Assembly (NCBI RefSeq): GCF_052425735.1
Contig: NC_135760.1
Location: forward strand, 21,142,001 to 21,206,000
DNA from: Oculina patagonica
Lineage: Eukaryota
Reading direction: 5' to 3'
DNA: 64,000 nt
Part shown: piece after piece, positions 38,401-49,597 of the stretch
Layout of the letters: each line of letters opens with the position of its first letter
Numbering within the stretch: the first letter of the stretch is position 1
Notes under the pieces: model-generated
What the model was told of the DNA's origin: nothing
Seen by the model: only the letters and a program-made list of their open reading frames with translations
Databases searched by the model: none
Program-made: the position numbers and the translations under genes

Positions 38401-41400
38401 TTTTTGTGGGGTGGGGGTGGGCGCTTATTCGAGGCTGGGCGCTTATTAACTTTTCCTACCTTCAGGGTGGGCGCTTATTCGAGGTGGGCGCTAATTCGAG
38501 GTTGGGCGCTTAATCGAATAAATACGGTATATTTAACATCACATAATGTAAGGCTTTATTTTGTGTCCATTAGGAACTTGATTTGAAGATTTTAGAAGCA
38601 ATGGCCAAGAAGGTAATCTCTTACAAGTGTATATACAAAACGTTTATAGTGTTCATGTACTTTCATTATCTCTTAAGACAGAAAATCTGTACAATGTTTG
38701 CACAACCTGTTACGAGCACTTAACAGAAAGTTTGGGAGAGATTTTAAAATAAATTGTGAACTTGAATTACAAGCCATGGTTTATATGGCAAATAATGTGA
38801 ACTTCTCTTAAACTGACTTAACTGTTTCAAACAGGCTCTGTTCAGACTTTTTTTTTAGAGACTACACTACAGTGGAACCTCGATTTAACGAACCTCTATA
38901 TAACGAAGTCCTCGGTTTAACGAACGATTTTCTTCAGCCTGTCCAAAGTTACAGTAAAATGTATGGAACAGGACCTCGATATAACGAACCTCGATATAAC
39001 GAAATCCTCATTATAACGAACACAATCCAAACGTAAAATGTACCTCGATATAACGAAAAAATGTCAACACGCGACAAAAGATGAATGCAAGCAGACCAAC
39101 AAAGATGAAAATCCTTTAATCCTGTAACAAGAGAACAAGTTCAAGTACAGTATGCTCTTACTATATGCATATATTAGACATTATAAATGTTATTTTCAGA
39201 AATCGTCAATATCCGGAAATGCTGGGTTCGTAGTGCAGCGTAAAGTTGTTAAAAATTGATTAACTATACCTCGATATAACAAACATTTTGGTTTTTTTTC
39301 CGCGAATTCGTTATATCGAGGTTTTCAATATAACGAACCCTCAATATAACGAACAAATTTCCCCAGTCCCTTGGCACTTCGTTAAATCGAGGTTCCACTG
39401 TAGAAAGAGTTTATCTAACTGGTTGCTTTGTTTTCCACATTGCAACTTTTTTTATATATAAACAGAAAGATGAAGACAAAATACTTGAGACTTCTAGACG
39501 AGAGAAAGCAAGAGCAGATGCTGAGTACATGCGACAGGTGAACAATCCTCCAATACATAACCTTTGTCTAAAATACTTTGCTGTTAGAGGCCAGTCGTTA
39601 AAAGTACATATATTTTTTTTCTCTTTGCAAAGGTTGTTGCTCAACAACTCAAGTTAGAACAACAGAGGGAAGCAGAGTTGGACATGCTCTACAGGTAAAA
39701 TCTGTGTGCATTAGCCTACTGCACATTCCTGTTGCACATTCTTCTAAGATGTGAATGCACTGTATTTCTTTTTCGAGGGCAAAGCTGTTACTCGGCTTTG
39801 ATTGCCCTCGCGAGGTATGCCTGTTGTGTTTGAGTAATTCTGCTTTTTTGTTATCGAGAATCAAAACGAATTTACATTTATTCTAGAGACAAAGTTATCG
39901 TCTTGAAACAAAGCTTTTTATATGCGAAGATACAAATGTTTTGCTGCATTATCGTGAATAACAATTAATAAAGAATCAGAGTTTGCTAATAACGGCACTT
40001 GTAAACCCTGCTGAAGGTTGTACTTCTATTTTTTAAACTTGTGATTCGCAGAGATGAAGCAGCCCGAATGTGGACAAAGAGAGAAGCAGAATGGGAACGA
40101 GAAAGATTGGCGAGAGAAAGGCTCATGGCTGAAGTAAGGAAGTATTTTGATAACTTAGGGACTGGTCAATAAGTACCAGGGGGGGGGGGGGGTGGGCCGG
40201 AGCAATTGGAAAAGTGGTGGCGCGAAAATTTTTGACCCACCCCTTCCTTCTGGCTCAAAACTGACTGACCCACCCCTGATAGGGGGTTGAAAATTACATG
40301 ACCCACCCCCTTTGCTAAAAAAATCAAGGGACTAATCATTTCTTTATCATCTGTAAGGGGTTGGAGGTTTTTGATTGACATCAGGTTTTAAAGTAAAATT
40401 CCCTACATAGACCACCCTAATTTTCCCTGATGGACACTGCTGATCCATGTACGTCTTTTCCCGTTTCCTAACACACCAGAGGAGGATGAATTTATCACTT
40501 CTTATACTAGTCTTTTGTAAGTTTTCCACATATTTGTGTGTAAGTCCATGGGAAAATTTTGACACAAACATATGCAAAAACTGAATTATTGAAGAGTTCA
40601 TACAGAAATTGATAATGGAAACTACAACCACTGTCCATCATTTATATTTGCAAAGTGTGTGAGAAAAGAGCTTACTGGTATGAAAAGGCCTAAAGCCCAG
40701 TGTGAATCTATGCAGGTTGAAGAGAGACAGGCAAAACTGATGTTATGACAAAAACCATCTAGGGAGGTCGGGGGGCATGCTCCCCCTGGGAAATTTTTAT
40801 ATTTGGGCCTTCTGAAATCGCTAGAAATTCATTTAAAACTGCTAACATGGAGAAACTTATCAATTTGATATACTGATGAATACAACCTTTGGAACCATAA
40901 CATTTTAAAGTTTGTGAATAAATAAGATGACCCACCCCCTACATGAAGATCAAATTTACATAACCCACCCCTTTTGGAGGGCACAAAAACTGATGACCCA
41001 CCCCCTTTCTGCTCCGGCCCACCCCCCCTGGTACTTATTGACCAGTCCCTTAGACGGTTTATGTTCTTAACAAACATCATGGTTCTTCAATTGCGTAGCT
41101 AAGATGGCAGCTTACTGTTTTTTGGACTGTAGAACCTGATTTATTCGTTTAACGTTTTCAGGTGCTAGACGTTCGCAAGAGGCAACTTGATGACAAAATG
41201 GAGGAAAATAAACGCCGCCAGCAGGCGTCGATTGAGAGTCGAGAAGAACTGCTAAGAGAACTGGAGGAGGTTCAGAGGATGACAGCGAGAGAAAAGGTCG
41301 AGGAGGAGAGACAGCGGAGGGAAAGAGAAAAAGAAATTCATGAACAGGTTGGTAACATGATTGTCNNNNNNNNNNNNNNNNNNNNNNNNNNNNNNNNNNN

Positions 41401-43245
41401 NNNNNNNNNNNNNNNNNNNNNNNNNNNNNNNNNNNNNNNNNNNNNNNNNNNNNNNNNNNNNNNNNNNNNNNNNNNNNNNNNNNNNNNNNNNNNNNNNNNN
41501 NNNNNNNNNNACTAACGACTGACTGGCTGGCTGACTGACTTGCTGGCTGGTTGGCTGGCTGGTTGGCTGACTGACTGACTGACTGACTGACTGACTGACT
41601 GACTGACTGACTGACTGACTGACTGACTGACTGACTGACTGGTTGGCTGGCTGACTGGCTGGCTGGTTGGCTGACAAATGGACGAACGGACTTGTTCATT
41701 TAGCTCAGCTTTGTGTACAATCGATTCTCCTGTTGTTAATAATGCTGGGGTCAGAATTCAGTGTCCGCTCACCAAATGTGTCTACTTGGGAGAATGACCC
41801 CAGTTGTAAGACCAGAAAAAAGGGAGACGCAGACACGAGCTTGAGTCATTGCCAACTTAAATCGGTTTTCCAATTTCTACTTTCAACAGATAACGTCGCG
41901 TAGAGAAAAGGCGAAAGAAATGCAGCAAACTGAAAGAGAGGAACTAGAAAGGGAAAGGTAATTCAGAGTCGTTGAGAAATGTTCATATACCGCTGATAGC
42001 TGAGTAGTAGGTTGTTGTCAATTCAGATGGAAACTATTGTCTTCAATTTTGACTGTCGTTTCAGGCGAGAAAAAGAGGCATACAATCAAATGCTGAGGCA
42101 CGAAGCAGATCACATGAGAGCCAGAGGACCACATGCGAGGGTGGGTACTGTGTGCGATTGAACATTTAGCAGATCAGTCCGGGGAATAAGTGCCGGTTTT
42201 GGCAAATCTTCGTCAAAGCACTCGAAGAATTTCCGAATTATTTCATCCAATCAAAAACTAGCGCGAACGCTCACGAACGACTCCGAAAGCAAACACGCAT
42301 ACAAATACGTCATGTTGCGTAGTAACTTCTGGGACAAAAACCGCGGTCTCAGTCACTTCTCGGAGAAGTGTTGTTGCCATCAACTGGCACTTGTTCCCCC
42401 GAGTGAGATTATATATTTATTATATTAGATTTATAGACTGGTAGAGAGTTACAGCGAGGACCGAGTTCCTCAAAGTAATGATGTTTATTACCTTAGGGAC
42501 ATTACGATACTACGGTTCGGCAGCGGCACGACTATGTACGAATGTGCTACGACTACCTACGAATGTTACGAATGTGGCACGACTATTGTAGCACCGCGTA
42601 CGAATTCGGTACGACTACTGTATGACTACGAACGAATGTAGCACGGCTGCACGCAGTACGACTACGTAGGAATGCGGCACGACTATAGTACGGCTACGTA
42701 CCCAAGTAGTACGTCTCGCAGTACGACTACGCACGAATGTGCGACGACTGCGGTTCGAGTACATACGTATGTGTCACGACTACAGTACGACTAGGTACGG
42801 CGGAATGCGGTACATCTGCGGTACGACGATTCTGCCGTATAACTTGGCCTAATTTGAAAGCATGGATTGAAGAAATTGAATTGGTGGAAGAGGCGCAGCC
42901 ATAGAATACTAAATCCATTTTTCCTACTTTTTTCTTAGTTTGCTCCAAGGAGGAGGACAGCATTTGAATAGAATTATTCCCAATGCACCAAGCGGTGAAG
43001 AATTTCCACTCCATCAGGCTGAGATAACCGTGTTATGGTACCAGTACGCGAAATCGAGTGACAAAAGCGACGGGCACTTCGTTCGTCACACAACCGCTGT
43101 TCTCGTCACGAAATCCGCTGTCACGCGATCGCTTAACAAGAAAAATAGCAAGTGCAACGCAGATTGTGCAGGGATTAATTATTTTAAGGGAACTTTCAGA
43201 CTCGTGATTTTTTTACATATGGTTTATCTTCAGCAGTCTTGGTAG
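29453..43245 (+). CDS. TCHP: Trichoplein keratin filament-binding protein, ~496 aa. Exons: 29453-29646, 30922-31039, 31420-31478, 31807-31849, 32037-32093, 32958-33026, 33255-33286, 34682-34756, 35185-35251, 36380-36442, 36893-36942, 37624-37690, 38574-38612, 39466-39537, 39633-39694, 40052-40133, 41162-41347, 41890-41957, 42065-42140, tentative last 43234-43245
   Basis: N-terminus MALPTLQPYW...WDKNARYF...WGSRQSY and DEAARMWTKREAEWERERLARERLMAEV resemble vertebrate TCHP as recalled. E/K/R-rich coiled coil; GT-AG phases consistent. The terminal exon (QSW*) is uncertain. Confidence 0.9.
33467..33827. mobile_element. Palindromic MITE, older copy of the 35731 family
   Basis: taccgtcgattgcatctacc...gtaaatgcaagcgacggta; internal sequence shared with 35731-36138. 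Confidence 0.8.
34837..35099. mobile_element. TACCGTA-type MITE (TA flanks); same family at 57323-57675
   Basis: taccataaaatcccggttctaagccc ... gggcttataaccggaattttacggta. Confidence 0.8.
35731..36138. mobile_element. Palindromic MITE with ~110-bp TIRs
   Basis: ctgtcgattgcatctacctgtgaacgcacgcgc...aaactttgaagtttagcagaccg mirrors cggtctgctaaacttcaaa...gcgcgtgcgttcacaggtagatgcaatcgacag. Confidence 0.9.
37057..37514. mobile_element. MITE with GGGCGCTTATT subterminal repeats
   Basis: taccgtaatgatt...gcgccc / gggcgcttaatcgaatcattacggta. Confidence 0.8.
37991..38529. mobile_element. MITE with GGGCGCTTATTCGAGG repeats; contains a nested fragment at ~38240-38358
   Basis: taccctatttattcgattaagcgccc / gggcgcttaatcgaataaatacggta. 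Confidence 0.8.
38868..39402. mobile_element. pogo/Tigger-like MITE (CAGTGG termini, TA TSD)
   Basis: ta|cagtggaacctcgatttaacgaa ... ttcgttaaatcgaggttccactg|ta, with internal ATAACGAA repeats. Confidence 0.88.
40158..41049. mobile_element. PIF/Harbinger-type non-autonomous element (TTA TSD)
   Basis: TTA|gggactggtcaataagtaccaggggggg ... ccccccctggtacttattgaccagtccc|TTA. Confidence 0.88.
41366..41510. other. Assembly gap (N run)
   Basis: 145 N. Confidence 1.
41511..41690. repeat. (GACT)n/(GGCT)n microsatellite abutting the gap
   Basis: Direct tetranucleotide repeats. Confidence 0.95.
42170..42408 (-). mobile_element. Inverted copy of the repeat at 22172-22410
   Basis: Reverse-complement similarity over ~235 bp. 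Confidence 0.8.
42493..42840. repeat. Degenerate (TACGA/CACGACTA/CGAATG) minisatellite, probably a TE subterminal array
   Basis: Many imperfect tacga, acgacta and cgaatg units after ttagggacattacg. Confidence 0.7.
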
Positions 43246-43917
43246 AGTTGTCCTAGAATTCTCGAGGAGTGGATAATTTATGAATTGAGCGGGACTCTTG
43301 AGAAAGACTGTGAATTTGTATCAGTCTGGAGAAAAATATCTGAGTTTCCTGAATTTAGTTATTTTGTAAAAGTGTAAATATTATGTAAACAATTGAATGT
43401 GAATTTTTGTTTTAGTTTTTAGTATCATTCTCCCTTTCTCTAAAGTATGCTTTCTTGAAGGCATTTCTGTTTTTGTTTGCTGTTTTTTTTCCTTGTTTGT
43501 TTGTTGGTTGGTTGGTTGGTTGGTTGGTTAGTTGATTGTTTTTATGCTTAAAATAACAGGGAGTCGAAAACGTCATCATCTGTTTTAACACCTTTATTTA
43601 GTTTTCAGTCGCATCCGGTACAGATCTACGTTTTACTGCATCACCCTCAGAAAAATTCTCAATATCACATAACAGTTAAGTTAATTGATCCCCATTGCTC
43701 AAGGCACTTTAAATATACCCGCTTTTTTCAAACTTCCAAGCCCCGACACCAGAAAAACTCTATATTTCCATACGTTCACATTGAAATGAAGTTATTATTC
43801 TCCCACAACCCCTTAAAAAACTAACAAGTAACCAGGATTGCATTAAAATTATCGCTAAACATTGTATCCACAAAGTCGGAATCTGAGAGGGCCAAAATTT
43901 CTTCGTTCACAACTTGT

Positions 43918-46900
43918 CTAGCCCCAGTTCAGTTTTTTGTATTGAAAGCTCAATTTGGACCCGTGCCCAGGCCTCAGATCATCAATTCCAACTGGAGCGG
44001 ATTTGCCATCAATGTATATCATCCAGTAGAACTTGTCAGCGGGTCTCCGATAAATACCGCAGATGGACTCGATCGATCGCCCATACGGAGTGTCAAGAGT
44101 GGTGAAATTGTAGCAGGAGTGGTTCTTCGCGGCCTCTTTCAAGATGTCATGGGCGTTTGTTCCATTGAACACTGTCACGCAGACGGGGGGTGGGGGTGTT
44201 TTTCCGTCGGAGTATTTGCTCACATTGAACTGCAGTTCAACACAAACGTTTATCATCTGTAAAAGTAATAAAAAATCCATTTTAAAAATGCTATATTCAG
44301 GAGGGAGGAAAACCGGAGAACCTTGAGAAAATCCACATATGGCACCGGGACGGAATCGAACCCGGGCCACATTGGTGGGTGGCGAGCGCACTCACCACTG
44401 CGCCATCCCTGCTCACCGAAGTGGGTGAAATTTGGGTGTTCACACGGTGTTGACGTTCGTATATCGGTCTTTCATGTGGATGCATGTGGGCCTCGAGATG
44501 TCTCCGTCATCTCTCGGCAGGGGTATAAAAGGGGAGGGGGAAAGACGTGCGAAGCCCGAAAAAGGACCGCTTTTTCTTGGTCCTTTTCCCCAATCCCCTA
44601 GCTATCGCCGTTCGCGCTCTTTTACTTCCTCTCTTGCCTTTCTACACATGTTATGTAAAATATATAAGAAACTGTTATTATTAATATGTTCTTACCGCGT
44701 TTTCTCCTCCGCCACCTAAAAAAAAAGAAATAATAAAAATTAGTGCTGGAGAACAATTAAAAAGCAAGGTTCCAAAACGTTCCAATAAATATTTCAAAGG
44801 GTTTTCGTTTTGATACCATTTAACATGAATTATAAATTCAGTTGATATATTGCCTGCGTAGCAGGCGTAAAAAAGGGAAGGGAAGAAGGGTAGGAGGATT
44901 GAGATTTACAGCAAGGCGCCCAAAAGTGTGACCACTTTTAATTTATTCACATTCTTTCGTGCAGATTTAATCTAATCAGAAGTCAACTACAAGCTATCCA
45001 CGACTTTTGATTGGATTAAATCTGCACGAAAGAATGTGAATAAATTAAAAGTGGTCACACTTTTGGGCGCCTTGCTGTAAGTTTTTAACGCAGGCTAGTT
45101 GATATAAGGTGACCCTCAAGTCACGTGTCACAAATGACACAAATTAGTGCGGACAGCAAGGAAATGAACTGCAATACGCCCAGTTATGTTGGCAAACTCG
45201 AAAAAATGATCCTCTGCTTTCAAGTTTAAATTTGATGTGGATGAACATATTCTGTCGTATTAATTTGTGATAGTTGTGCTGTCCTGTGCAATGTGGTTTA
45301 CCTGTGGTGTTCTTAGGGCAGCGCATATCTTTCAGATCGTACGGGAGCGCTCCGATCAAAGCTGGTATCACGTAGATCGTACTCAGCAGATTAATGAATG
45401 ATCCGTCAGGATTTTGACGAGATTTTAGCCAGCGCAGAGTCTTAGAACACTTGGTTTTCTTCACTCCAGCCGCTAAAAGAGCCTTGGTATGAAAAAAGAC
45501 AACACAAATTTCAGACGAGCAAAGAGATGAAATATGCAATGAGTGAAATCCTACGAACAAGGGATAACAGAAAACTCAAAACGCAAGATTTGCTTTCGTC
45601 AAAAGAAGCACGATTTGAAACCGTTTCAAAAACTATTTTCCAAGCTGTTCAAATGTACCTTGTGTGCATAAGCGTTACTTGAAAATTTTCTTCGCATATT
45701 TGAAGAATAGCGTTCGTTAGCTTCACGACAACACAAAATCAACGTTTATGCAAGCGTTGCAAACTATAACATGATTTTTTCCACATTCAAATTTTCTAGT
45801 TTGTCATCTCATAGCCAACCTGGGATTTCCTGGATGGTCAGGCCTTGATCGTCGTTATAACGTCGGCGAGACTTGACCGCGCAAATAAAATAACGAAGTC
45901 TGTAACTGAGTAAGGAAAACCAGGATGTATTCTCTTGGCTTGTCACGCAGGATTGATTGTGTTACCAGCCAAATGCAAAGCTGCAGAGTGGGGTGGTGTG
46001 TGTGTGTGTGATGGGAGGGGGGCGGCGTGGGAGGGACGGGGCGAGACATAAATATAAAGGAATTTTTTCTCACCTGAGAAGCAAGAGCGGCGGTGACCTC
46101 GTTTTGTCCAAACGTTGTGTCGTTCAGTTGCCGATTGAGAAGCTCCTTGCTCGCGATATCAATTCCAGTATTTATCTTCTTCAGAAGGGCCTTCTTCATC
46201 CCCGGCTTTTTGATTGACTTCTTGATACATTTCAACGCCAAGACATGCATAGCAAGCGTGTCCCCATAGGCGTGTTCCAGTTGATTTGGGATGCTCTTTA
46301 AGATGTCTTTCACGTAGGTCAACTTCTTCTTTCCGAGATCCTTTCCACTGCTGCAGAGAGCTAACACAGCTAAGCTGTACTGAAAAGGATGATCAAAGCC
46401 TACTTGAGGGAACTTGCTCAGTTTGTTCTTCAGACTGCTAACCAAATTGAAATCGTAGAAATTCTGAGGGTCTCGACAAGTAGCCAAGGCGCCGAGGATA
46501 TAAAGAGCCACCCTACCCCCGGACAGGGAACCGATGTCTGCATTGATGATCTCAGCATTGAGGTGATCGGATCCAGACTCCACGGAGTGACCGATCAGTC
46601 TCAGGGAGTGGTAGGCAAACGCACTCACGTGCCCGTCCCCGTAGGTGCCATTTTCGTCTTGTCGGTTCCTTAGCCATTCGGCAGCTCTGACAGCTGAGCG
46701 TGTAAGACTGGTTTGCAAAGTTCTTGGACCTGGAAAAATATCAGTTTTTACGCAATGAGCCACATTTATGTTTTAGATGAAATGGCATTTTGCAGTGTCG
46801 TTCATTGAACAGTCACGCAATGCATTTTTCTGTCACGCAACGAATATATTTGACAAGAAGAGTTACCTGACAAATCGAAAAGTTTCAATTAAGCGCAAGT

Positions 46901-48708
46901 TTTTAGGCATGATAGAAACCATTTTCTTTGTTTTCATAAATTATGGCTTTGACACGAGTTGGTGTTAATTTAAGTGGCTAGAAAAGCTGTGAAAACACAA
47001 GCCATAGACGAGAGTTTTAACAGCTTTTTGGCGTATCAAAACCTTTCAAGAGTGTCTCGGCAGAGTCTGTGGAAAACATGAAATATTTAATAAAGGCTTC
47101 TATATCCTTTACCACGAGCATTTCAAATAACACTCTTTTCTCTAATAAGCTATGGTTAGTGATTTTAACCCACTTGTAGTGCGTTTACTATCGTTTCTAT
47201 TTTATAATTTCAAAGAAATAGCTAACGGTTTTACTGTTTCCGTGGTTTTGTGGCAAACAGAGTGGAACTTTTAAGATTGGTCTTGCTTCAACAGCTGTTT
47301 TGAACTCTCCAAAACGTTCAAGAGTGTTTAAACAAGGGAAAAAAGCTTTCCATTTCGTTCATGAAGAAAAAAAGGCGAAATTAAATTTTACGTTTCAGTT
47401 AAGTCATGATGAATGGATTTAAACCAATAACAATGCGCGTTTTTTCTTCTTAATTAATAAAATTATATTTTTAAATCTTCTTAATTAATTACAAATCGGT
47501 ACTCCATGTTTCCATAGAGCTATGGAAACCGTGACTGGAACTTTTTGGATAGCTAGTCAGGCTATGGAATGACATGTTTCCTCAGGTGCTGTTTCGAGCT
47601 CTTCCTAGCCTTCACGACTGTTTACCAACTCTGTGGAAAGTTTTCTATTTTGTTTAAGAAATTAGCGCCAAAAATACAAAATTTTTATGTTTCTATAGAG
47701 TTATTGCGAATAGTTTTTCAACAACAACAATGCATTTTTATTAAATGTTTAGAAGAATGTAGGGCAACCGGGAGTGCATGGGGTGCCCGCTCGGAGCATT
47801 ACTTGCGCGCTGCTTTTCAATTTATGTGCTCGGTCGCTGTACAAACCACCTCTCTAATAGAGCTTCTTTTAAACTCTTGTAAACCAGAGAGCGCGCGCGC
47901 GAACGCACTTTGACGGTCCACTTTGTTCGAATTCTAGAAAGTCCCGGGGGGGGGGGGGACCCCCATTAATTTTGGGGGATTTTTAAGGAAAAAAATTTAT
48001 GGTTTTTTTGAAAAAAACCCCCCCCCCCCCCCTAGAAAGTGGATATCATGTAGCTAGGAATTATATATTTACTTGAGATCGAAATGATCAGATTGTAAAT
48101 TTGATGCGGAAGAAACTCGAATAGCCCCTATTAGGTGAATACGAAGTGTAACACATAGACCAACTTCCGGCCTCAATGTTGAAAGAAAATCTTCTGAAAA
48201 ATGGAGACCGAGTCCATGAACAAACAAGGAGAAAAATCAAAAGATTTTTTTTATCGCGCTGCTATAAGATAACAAAATATTTCGCATTTAGCTTTGTTTG
48301 TTTGGGTTTCGACTTTTTCAGTTCGTGGCATGCAGAAAAATTATACCCAAACATTATAATTCTGGTGTGTACGTGTTCCGGCAAGATCACGACTAAACCG
48401 CATGCTGAGCTGGAAAATAACTGGTATCCCACGATATCTTGAACGCAGAAACGCGAGCAAGAAAAGCGAATTAACTTACTAGATTCATTCCTCATTATAA
48501 TTAACGTGAATAGAAAGTAAGCTTAGGTGGGGATTTCTCCGGCTTGAAAACCAGGCCTACTTGAAATGTATACTTTTTAGAAATATTTTTACGTATCATC
48601 TGGCAATGCCAGTTATGCTAGCGCTAAATCTATTTCCTTACCACAAAATCCACTGGCCTGCGAAAACAGGGCAAGAATCACCAAAAGTGCCAACAGTTGG
48701 CAGTTCAT
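43918..48708 (-). CDS. Secreted transcobalamin/haptocorrin/intrinsic-factor-family cobalamin-binding protein, ~420 aa. Exons 48708-48642, 46729-46074, 45482-45302, 44715-44696, 44256-43918
   Basis: Signal peptide MNCQLLALLVILALFSQASG. Alpha-barrel motifs GRVALYILGALATC, FQYSLAVLALC, GDTLAMHVLALKC, TFGQNEVTAALASQAL, SFINLLSTIYVIPAL. Beta domain YGRSIESICG...YWMIYIDGKSAPVGIDDL (DUF4430-like). GT-AG phases are consistent (1263 nt). Confidence 0.88.
44300..44412 (-). mobile_element. tRNA-derived SINE (second family), internally deleted
   Basis: Minus strand gcagggatggcgcagtggtgagtgcgctcgcc...ccgggttcgattcc (A and B boxes)...tctccggttttcctccct. Confidence 0.8.
44850..45097. mobile_element. MITE (9-bp TSD GTTGATATA) containing a nested near-perfect 175-bp palindrome (44906-45080)
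   Basis: ttgcctgcgt...acgcaggcta termini; ttacagcaaggcgcccaaaagtgtgacc...ggtcacacttttgggcgccttgctgtaa. Confidence 0.85.
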
Positions 48709-49597
48709 GGTGACGTGTCGTCGTTCCAAATGATAAAATAAAAGCTTTTTCTGCAGATTCGAGTCCAAGTGACCTGTACAACAGGAAATCACATGAACGA
48801 AAGAAAGGTCGGGGTACAGGCTATCACACGATATCACGTTACTGTGAGTCCCAGTCCTTATCAATACGACCCGAAACACGAACGAGGCAGGATTAAGGTG
48901 TTTTGCTAGCTCTGGAGAAGAGATTTATTACACTCCCCGTCTTTAACATTTAATCACAGCTACAACAATAAAACAATTTAATACGCAAAGCTAGAAGGCT
49001 AGTAATACGGAAATGACAAAAGAAAATTATTTGTTTCCACGCCGTTGTCACGCAACATTACTCTCAACGCGTCACGCAGCGTTGCAGAATGTTTTTACGC
49101 ACTGGAAATTGTTTGGCCAATATTTCGGCTTTATTACAACTGAGGAAGGTCTTTGTAATAAAACCAAAGTATTGGCCAAACAATTTCCATTTTTTGTAAT
49201 TCTTGAAATAATTATGTTTTTGATTATAATATTGTTACTTTAGCGCTATATAAATGTATAAATTATTATAATTATAAAATAACATTGACTAAAGAAGAGG
49301 AGAAAGGACCAATGCTGCCCATGTATCAGTTTTGCAAGGCTTGTGCATGTTCATGTTATCTCAATGTCCTACAAGTTTTTCTAGCTCATTTGTGAACTTG
49401 AGCAAATGAAACAAGTTTTTCAGTTTAAGAGTTTGTTCTAGACCCTTGTAGAAGTATTCCGGGCATTCTCCGCGGAGCTTCTGAAGACCGATCAATGTTT
49501 GCCCATTTAATTCCGAAATATTTTTCTTTTTGCACACCTTTGCCAATCCAATTTCTTTGAGCCATTTCTTGACATCTTGATTTGTCCAGCCAGATAC
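47160..49597 (+). repeat. Segmental duplication block A; direct repeat of 61025-64000, which probably continues beyond the window
   Basis: Colinear, high identity from tgatttt(a/c)acccacttgtagtgcg through the B12-gene exon 1 and promoter to the ARM-TIR-SAM 3' end. Confidence 0.95.
47943..48031. mobile_element. polyG/polyC-ended MITE present in block A only; interior is probably poor-quality sequence
   Basis: CTAGAAAGT duplicated at 47934-47942 and 48032-48040. The empty site ttctagaaagtggatatc is at ~62301. Confidence 0.75.

Noticed and set aside
41112-41699. SQSV-repeat ORFs on the minus strand
   Set aside because: Translation of the (GACT)n microsatellite and the N gap.
42493-42840. CRISPR-like array
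   Set aside because: Units are short, degenerate and lack unique constant-length spacers; eukaryotic intron with no cas genes. The same applies to the GGGCGCTTATT repeats at 37057-38529.
43608-43740. Alternative last exon for TCHP
   Set aside because: The translation shows no TCHP-like ending, and the region looks like the 3' UTR/polyA area of the opposite-strand B12-binding gene.
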